From: Gemmatimonadota bacterium
GTDB taxonomy: Bacteria > Gemmatimonadota > Gemmatimonadetes > Gemmatimonadales > GWC2-71-9
NCBI GenBank assembly: GCA_031394255.1
Contig: JANMXA010000095.1
Span: 1,505-65,504 of the forward strand
Reading direction: 5' to 3'
DNA: 64,000 nt
Position 1 is the first letter of the stretch. Each line of letters opens with the position of its first letter. Positions 58,459-64,000 of the stretch are shown one piece after another. A program made the position numbers and the translations under genes. The notes beneath the pieces are model-generated. The model ran no database searches, was not told the origin of the DNA, and saw only the letters and a list, made by a program, of their open reading frames with translations.

Positions 58459-58496
58459 GAAGGGGCGGGTGGTTACCCGCCCCTTCCTTCTTTTTC
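58459..58496 (+). terminator. Intrinsic terminator after the TonB-dependent receptor gene
   Basis: GAAGGGGCGGGT-GGTT-ACCCGCCCCTTC stem followed by CTTCTTTTTC. Confidence 0.88.
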
Positions 58497-58517
58497 TCTC
58501 ACGGGGCGGGTGGACTG

Positions 58518-59195
58518 ATGGCGGCGTGGATGACCCGGTTCCCCTGGTTACCGTTCGTGGCGCCGTTTGCCGCGTTCCTGGCGCTGCTCGGGCTCGTGCC
58601 CCCGCTCGGCTTGCCTCCGATCGCCGAGGGACTGATCCGGGTGGTGGTGCCGGCGGCGGTGATTCTGCTGGCGTCGATGCCGGCCCTCGACTTGAAGCCG
58701 ACCCGGCCGCTGGCGACGGTCGCAGTCGGCGCCCTGGTGTTCTTCCTCTGGATTCTGCCCGACCAGCTGGTCCCGGGTTATCGTGACTCCGTCCTGTTCC
58801 AGAACGGCCTGACCGGCCGGGTCGAGAGCACCATGGCGGTGGAGGCCCGCTCCGACCTGATTGTCATCGCCCTGCGGTTCTGCCGGGCGGCGCTGATCGT
58901 GCCGGTGGTGGAGGAGCTTTTCTGGCGTGGCTGGCTCCCCCGCTGGATCGACCGGATGGACGACTTCCAGGCGAGGCCGCTCGGCGCCTTCACCGGCTTC
59001 TCGTTCGTCGCCGCCTCGGTCCTGTTCGGTCTTGAGCACGGGGCGTTCTGGGACGTGGGGATCGTGGCCGGCGCGATCTACAACTGGTGGATGATGCGGA
59101 CGAAGAGCCTGGGTGACCTGATCTGGTGCCATGCGGTGACGAATGCGCTGTTGTCGGGCTGGGTTGTGGGGATGGGGCAGTGGCAGTACTGGTGA
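58518..59195 (+). CDS. CAAX prenyl protease-related (CPBP) intramembrane metalloprotease
   Basis: VPVVEELFWRG, FGLEH, HAVTN; multiple TM helices; terminal WQYW. Confidence 0.92.
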   Translation: MAAWMTRFPWLPFVAPFAAFLALLGLVPPLGLPPIAEGLIRVVVPAAVILLASMPALDLKPTRPLATVAVGALVFFLWILPDQLVPGYRDSVLFQNGLTGRVESTMAVEARSDLIVIALRFCRAALIVPVVEELFWRGWLPRWIDRMDDFQARPLGAFTGFSFVAASVLFGLEHGAFWDVGIVAGAIYNWWMMRTKSLGDLIWCHAVTNALLSGWVVGMGQWQYW

Positions 59196-59214
59196 GGTGA
59201 CCTGCGGCGGGCGT

Positions 59215-59784
59215 TCAGCTCTCCGGACCCGTGGGGTTCACGGTGAGCTTGGGCCCCGCGCCAATCAGACTGTCGGTGTCGAGGAAGACCCGGCGAACGC
59301 TCTTCCAGTAACTCGGCCGGGCTTTGGTGATGTCACTCTCGATCACCCCTTTTCGGCGGTTCGCGGCGTGGACGTATTTTCCTTCGCCGACGTAGATGCC
59401 GATATGGGTGATCCGCTTCCCGCGGCCGAAGATCAGGAGGTCGCCCGGGAGCAGATCGGTGGTGTCTTTCGGAACTTCGATGCCGACCTGAGCCTGCTGG
59501 GCGGCGGTCCGCGGCATATCCTTGCCGAACAGCCCGGCGATCCACTGGACCAGGGCGCTGCAATCGAACGCCTTGCCCGGCTCCTTGGCCCCCCATCGGT
59601 ACCGGAGACCGATCTGCTGACGGGTAACCGTCACCAGCGAGTCGCGGCCGGCAAGCAGGGTTCGGCTCAACTCCTCAAACGGCTTGGGCAGGGGCTTGGA
59701 CGCCTGGGCCGCCAGCGGTGACGCGGCGCCAAGTACGGCAGCCACGCCAAAGGTCCATCGAAGGATTGAGGAACGTCCGATCAT
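59215..59784 (-). CDS. NlpC/P60 (C40) peptidoglycan endopeptidase, secreted
   Basis: YRWGA, FDCSALVQ, PRTAAQQ, PGDLLIF, HIGIYVG, YVHA. Confidence 0.94.
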   Translation of the reverse strand: MIGRSSILRWTFGVAAVLGAASPLAAQASKPLPKPFEELSRTLLAGRDSLVTVTRQQIGLRYRWGAKEPGKAFDCSALVQWIAGLFGKDMPRTAAQQAQVGIEVPKDTTDLLPGDLLIFGRGKRITHIGIYVGEGKYVHAANRRKGVIESDITKARPSYWKSVRRVFLDTDSLIGAGPKLTVNPTGPES

Positions 59785-59820
59785 GGGATCCATTGTAAGC
59801 CGCTTGGCCCCTCCTGTCCA
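59785..59820 (-). promoter_or_regulatory. Predicted leaderless promoter of the NlpC/P60 gene
   Basis: Minus strand TGGACA(59820-15)-17 nt-TACAAT(59797-92)-7 nt-ATG(59784). Confidence 0.62.
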
Positions 59821-59924
59821 CCGTACAAAGGCCGAAAATCGAAGGTGCGCCGGACACCCAGGTGTGATATTTTGGGCCGAGTCGCCCGTCCGGGCGGTAT
59901 TCAGCACCCTTGGCGAGATCATCC

Positions 59925-61112
59925 ATGCTCAAGACCACTCCGTTTCACCCTCGGACGGCACCTCTCATCCTCGGGCAGTCGTGGCGTCGCTGGTCGGGGT
60001 TCTCGGTGGCAAGCTCGTACGACCTGCTCCCCGACCGTGAGTACGCCGCGGTCCGGAATTCGGCCGCGCTGTTCGACATTTCGCCACTTTGCAAGTATCG
60101 GTTGCGGGGCCGGGATGCTGGACGCCTCCTCGACCGAATGGTCACCCGGGATCTGAGCAAATGCCGGGTCGGCCAGGTGATGTACACGCCCTGGTGCGAC
60201 AGCCATGGCAAGGTGATCGACGACGGCACCGTGAGCCGGCTCAGCGACACCGAGTATCGGCTGACGGCCGCCGAACCCAGCACCCGGTGGCTCCAGATGA
60301 ACGGCTTTGGGCTCGACGCCACGATCGAGGATGTCTCCGACGACCTCGGGGCGCTGGCCATCCAGGGGCCGCTGGCCCGGACCATTCTCAATCAGGTCGC
60401 CGACCCGACGGTCGAGGGCCTCAAGTTCTTCCGGGTCATGCCGGCCCGGATCGGTGGAGTCGCGGTTGAGATCTCCCGGACCGGCTACACCGGTGACCTG
60501 GGCTACGAGATCTGGGTCCCGGCCGACGGCGCGGTAAAGGTGTGGGACACCCTGATGTCCGTCGGTGCCAACTACGGAATCCTGCCGGCCGGGATCTGGG
60601 CACTCGACATCGCCCGGATCGAGGCTGGGCTTGTGATGGCGGACGTCGACTACCACTCCGCTCACCGGGCCTTGATTGCCGATCAGACTTCCACGCCGTT
60701 CGAGTTGTCCCTCGACTGGACGGTGAGCCTCGACAAGGCGCGGTACAACGGGAAGCAGGCGCTGGTCCGTGAACACGCGTCGGGGCCGGCCTGGCGGTTC
60801 GTGGGGATCGAAGTGGATTGGGAATCGTTCGAGGCCCTGTACGCGGCCCATCACCTCCCGCCGTCGCTCCCGACGGTGGCATGGCGGACCAGCACGCCGA
60901 TCTACCGCGACGGCCGTCAGATCGGGTACGCCTCCAGCGGGTGCTGGTCTCCGCTGCTCAAGAAATACCTCGCGCTTGCCCATATCCGGGCCCCGCATTT
61001 CGCTTCGGACACCCGGGTCGAGATGGAGGTGACGGTGGAACATCAGCGGCGCCGTGCCGCTGCCACCGTCCGCAAGCTTCCGTTTTTCGACCCGGCTCGG
61101 AAGAAGGCCTGA
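59925..61112 (+). CDS. Aminomethyltransferase (GcvT-like, THF-binding) family protein
   Basis: LKTTPFH, EYAAVRN..LFDISPL, VIDDGTV, LAIQGP, SRTGYTGDLGYEIW, ARIEAG, PFFDP. Confidence 0.93.
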   Translation: MLKTTPFHPRTAPLILGQSWRRWSGFSVASSYDLLPDREYAAVRNSAALFDISPLCKYRLRGRDAGRLLDRMVTRDLSKCRVGQVMYTPWCDSHGKVIDDGTVSRLSDTEYRLTAAEPSTRWLQMNGFGLDATIEDVSDDLGALAIQGPLARTILNQVADPTVEGLKFFRVMPARIGGVAVEISRTGYTGDLGYEIWVPADGAVKVWDTLMSVGANYGILPAGIWALDIARIEAGLVMADVDYHSAHRALIADQTSTPFELSLDWTVSLDKARYNGKQALVREHASGPAWRFVGIEVDWESFEALYAAHHLPPSLPTVAWRTSTPIYRDGRQIGYASSGCWSPLLKKYLALAHIRAPHFASDTRVEMEVTVEHQRRRAAATVRKLPFFDPARKKA

Positions 61113-61113
61113 C

Positions 61114-62694
61114 GTGGCAACCAATTCCTACGACGCGATCGTCATCGGCGGCGGCCACAATGGCCTGGTGACGGCGGCCTACCTGGCGCGCGCCGGCAAG
61201 AAGACTCTGGTGCTCGAGCGGCGTCATCTGCTGGGCGGCGCCGCGGTGAGCGAGGAGATTTTTCCCGGGTTCACCTTTTCGGTGTTTTCCTACGTCGTGA
61301 GTCTGCTGCGGCCCGAGATCGTCCGCGATCTCGAGTTGCCCCGTCACGGGCTTCAGATCCTGCCGCTCGAGAGCACCGTGACGCCGCTCCCGAACGGCGA
61401 CTATCTGGCCGGCTGGGGCGATTCGGATCTCACCCGGCGCGAGGTGTCGCGTCATTCGCTCCGGGACGCCGACGCCATGGTCGAATTCGGCCGCCTGATG
61501 CACCACATGGCCATGGCGGTCAGGCCGATCCTCGGCATGATTCCGCCGGACCCGACGTCCCTCGCCCCCAGCGATCTGGCCGGGATGCTCAAGCTGGGCG
61601 GCCACATGCGGTCCCTTGGTTCCGAGAATTTCCACGCGCTCTACAAACTCATGACCATGAGCGCGGCCGACTACCTCGACGAATGGTACGAGTTCGACGC
61701 GCTCAAGGCGACCAAGTCGGCGAGCGGGATCATCGGCACGTTCCTGTCGCCGCGGTCTCCGGGGTCGGCGTACGTCCTCCTCCATCACTACATGGGCGAG
61801 ATCGACGGCGCCTTCCGGGCCTGGGGCTTTGCCAAAGGCGGCACCGGCTCGATCAGCAACGCCATCGGCAACGCGGCCCGGGCCCTGGGCGCCACGATCC
61901 GGACCGAGGCTCCCGTGGCCAAGGTTCTGACCCGGGGCGGGCGCGCCACCGGCGTGGTGCTGGACAGCGGCGAGGAGATCATGGCGCCGCTGGTGGTCAG
62001 CGGGCTCGATCCGCGCCGGACCTTCCTCGAGCTGGTCGATCCCCGCCAGTTGCCGGACGACCTGGTCACGGCGGTGCGCCGATTCAAATTCCGGGGTTCG
62101 TCCGGCAAGGTGAATCTGGCGCTCTCGGAGTTGCCGAATTTCACCTGCCTCCCGGGCGTGGGGCCGCTTCACCGCGGAGCGGTGTCCATCAGCCCCAGCA
62201 TGGATTACCTCGAACGGGCCTACGACGACGCCAAGTACGGCGAGTTCTCCAAGCGTCCCTACATGGACATCGTGTTCCCGTCGATGCTCGATCCGGACAT
62301 GGCGCCTCCCGGCAAGCATGTGATGAGTGTGTTCGTCCAGTACGCGCCGTACCACCTGAACGGCGGTTGGACGGACGCCAAGCGGGAAGCCTTCGGTGAT
62401 GCCGTGGTGGACACGATCGCCGAGCATGCCCCCAACCTCAAGTCGGCGATCCTCCATCGCCAGGTGCTGACGCCGCTGGACATCGAGCGGGTTACCGGCC
62501 TGTCCGAAGGCAACATCTTCGCCGGCGAACTGGCCTTGCAGCAGCTCTTCTTCCTCCGGCCGGCCGCGGCGTGGGCCAAGTACCGGACCCCGATTCACGG
62601 TTACTACCAGTGCGGGGCGGGCACGCACCCGGGCGGCGGCATCATGGGCGCGTCGGGTCGGCTTGCGGCCCTCAAGATTCTGGCGGATCAATGA
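61114..62694 (+). CDS. Phytoene dehydrogenase-like FAD-dependent oxidoreductase (PYROXD2-like)
   Basis: IGGGHNGLVTAAYLA, ERRHLLGGAA, SYVVSLLRP, GNIFAGEL, GAGTHPGGGIMG. Confidence 0.93.
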   Translation: MATNSYDAIVIGGGHNGLVTAAYLARAGKKTLVLERRHLLGGAAVSEEIFPGFTFSVFSYVVSLLRPEIVRDLELPRHGLQILPLESTVTPLPNGDYLAGWGDSDLTRREVSRHSLRDADAMVEFGRLMHHMAMAVRPILGMIPPDPTSLAPSDLAGMLKLGGHMRSLGSENFHALYKLMTMSAADYLDEWYEFDALKATKSASGIIGTFLSPRSPGSAYVLLHHYMGEIDGAFRAWGFAKGGTGSISNAIGNAARALGATIRTEAPVAKVLTRGGRATGVVLDSGEEIMAPLVVSGLDPRRTFLELVDPRQLPDDLVTAVRRFKFRGSSGKVNLALSELPNFTCLPGVGPLHRGAVSISPSMDYLERAYDDAKYGEFSKRPYMDIVFPSMLDPDMAPPGKHVMSVFVQYAPYHLNGGWTDAKREAFGDAVVDTIAEHAPNLKSAILHRQVLTPLDIERVTGLSEGNIFAGELALQQLFFLRPAAAWAKYRTPIHGYYQCGAGTHPGGGIMGASGRLAALKILADQ

Positions 62695-64000
62695 GCAACG
62701 TGATCGTCATCGGCGGCGGGACCAACGGACTGGTGGCCGCGATCGGTCTGGCCCGGGCGGCCAACAAGGTCGTGGTGCTCGAGGCGGCATCCGAGGTCGG
62801 CGGTGCCCTCAGGCAGATCGAGTTTCTTCCCGGCTTCAAGGCGGCGCCGGTGGCCGGCGACGTCGGCTGGCTGCCGCCCGACGTGGCCCGGGGCATCGGG
62901 ATTTCCGTCCCGGCCCGTCCCGCCGCCGGTACAGTGGCCGCGGTTCCCCTCGATGGCGGGCGTTGGCTCGAGCTCAAGGCCGGGGCCGAGGCCACGGCCG
63001 CGAGTCTCAGGCAGTGGTCGAGCAAGGACGCGGACCAGTGGCCGGCCTTCGCGGGCCGGATCCACGGAATCGCCGGGTTCCTGGCGTCATTGTACGGAGC
63101 TCCGGCGCCGCGGATCGACGCGTCGAGCATCGCCGAGTTTCTCGATCTCGCCAAGCTCGGTCGCCAGCTCAAGGGCCTCGGCAAGACCGAGATGATCGAG
63201 GTCCTCAGGACCATTCCAATGTCGGTGGCCGAGTTGCTCGACGAGTGGTTCGAGTCGGAGCCGCTCAACGGGCTGATCGCCTCGCAGGCCATCACCGATC
63301 TCGGGCAGGGGCCGATGTCGGGAGGCACGGCGTTCAGCTTGATTCACGCTCATGTCGGCCTTCCGGCCGGGATGATCCGTGGGATGAGCGGCCTCGCGGC
63401 GGCCGAGGTGGTTGCGGCGCTCGCGGCGCGAGCGCGAGAGGTCGGTGTCGAGATCCGGACCGGGACGCGGGTCCGCCGAATCCTGGTCGAGGACGATCGG
63501 GTCAAGGGTGTGGAGACCGCGGACGGCGCGATGATCCCGGCCGGCGAAGTCGTATCGTCGCTGGATCCGTACCGATCGCTCCTCGAGCTGGTCGACCCGA
63601 TCAATCTCGATCCTGAATTCATTCAAGCCGTGCGAAACGTGCGGTTCCGCGGCGTGGTCACCAAGGTGATGGTGGCGCTCGACGGCCTGCCGGCGCTGCC
63701 GGCCGGCCTTGGCGGCGTGGTGGCGATTGCTCCGTCGATGCGATACCTCGAGAAGGCGTCCGACGCGGTGAAATACGGCCGGTGCTCCGATGATCCCTAT
63801 GTCGAGGTTCGATTCGGGACCGGTTCGGCCCCTGCGGGTAAGCAGGTGGCGGTGCTCCATGTCCAGTACACGCCGTACCGCCTGCGGGAGGGGAATTGGG
63901 ATGCCCTGCGCGACCAGGTGGCCGATCGGGCCATTGCGACCGTGAACGCCCATCTGCCGGGCTTCGCCGACCGGGTGGTCGGCCGGGTGGCGCTCTCGCC
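62691..64000 (+). CDS. Second phytoene dehydrogenase-like FAD-dependent oxidoreductase (3' end outside window)
   Basis: ATGA overlap with previous gene; MSNVIVIGGGTNGLVAA, ELLDEWFESE, YLEKASDAVKYG, VQYTPY; frame open to window end, so absent from the ORF track. Confidence 0.9.
   Translation, partial: MSNVIVIGGGTNGLVAAIGLARAANKVVVLEAASEVGGALRQIEFLPGFKAAPVAGDVGWLPPDVARGIGISVPARPAAGTVAAVPLDGGRWLELKAGAEATAASLRQWSSKDADQWPAFAGRIHGIAGFLASLYGAPAPRIDASSIAEFLDLAKLGRQLKGLGKTEMIEVLRTIPMSVAELLDEWFESEPLNGLIASQAITDLGQGPMSGGTAFSLIHAHVGLPAGMIRGMSGLAAAEVVAALAARAREVGVEIRTGTRVRRILVEDDRVKGVETADGAMIPAGEVVSSLDPYRSLLELVDPINLDPEFIQAVRNVRFRGVVTKVMVALDGLPALPAGLGGVVAIAPSMRYLEKASDAVKYGRCSDDPYVEVRFGTGSAPAGKQVAVLHVQYTPYRLREGNWDALRDQVADRAIATVNAHLPGFADRVVGRVALS

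Noticed and set aside
59794-59924. Glycine riboswitch / true gcvT
   Set aside because: No glycine aptamer consensus in the short divergent spacer; no gcvH/gcvP adjacent.
61114-64000. Carotenoid desaturase crtI
   Set aside because: Motifs and context (GcvT-like neighbour, no crtB/crtE seen) fit the PYROXD2-like group better; the region beyond the window is unseen.

Overview
GC-rich, gene-dense bacterial chromosome segment. The gene repertoire (BTAD/TPR membrane regulator, many secreted hydrolases, VPS10-like and DUF5916-like proteins, TonB-dependent receptor) suggests Gemmatimonadota or a similar environmental lineage; this is an inference. About 45 CDS are supported. Most encode exported peptidases and glycosidases (M24, M1, M20, S9, S12-like, S15/CocE, S41, S58/NylC-like, GGT, C40, 3x GH29, GH20, GH109). 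Also present are a CheB-CheR-coiled-coil-PAS protein with a PAS-only partner, a PIN-domain TA pair with a clear operator/promoter, ligD, xth, sthA, and a GcvT-like plus two phytoene-dehydrogenase-like oxidoreductase cluster running off the right end. No rRNA, tRNA, CRISPR array, transposase or prophage was recognised. Most notable: (i) a secreted NylC (nylon-oligomer hydrolase)-like Ntn enzyme with an extra domain heading a six-gene hydrolase operon; (ii) several collapsed gene remnants, including a 67-codon in-frame N/C-terminal fusion of tyrosine phenol-lyase; (iii) a candidate uncharacterised flavin/THF amine-demethylation module; (iv) a coupled TPR adaptor/S41 protease pair with an atypical PDZ loop; (v) repeated leaderless promoter architecture. 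All family calls come from motif recognition by eye; no database search was run.
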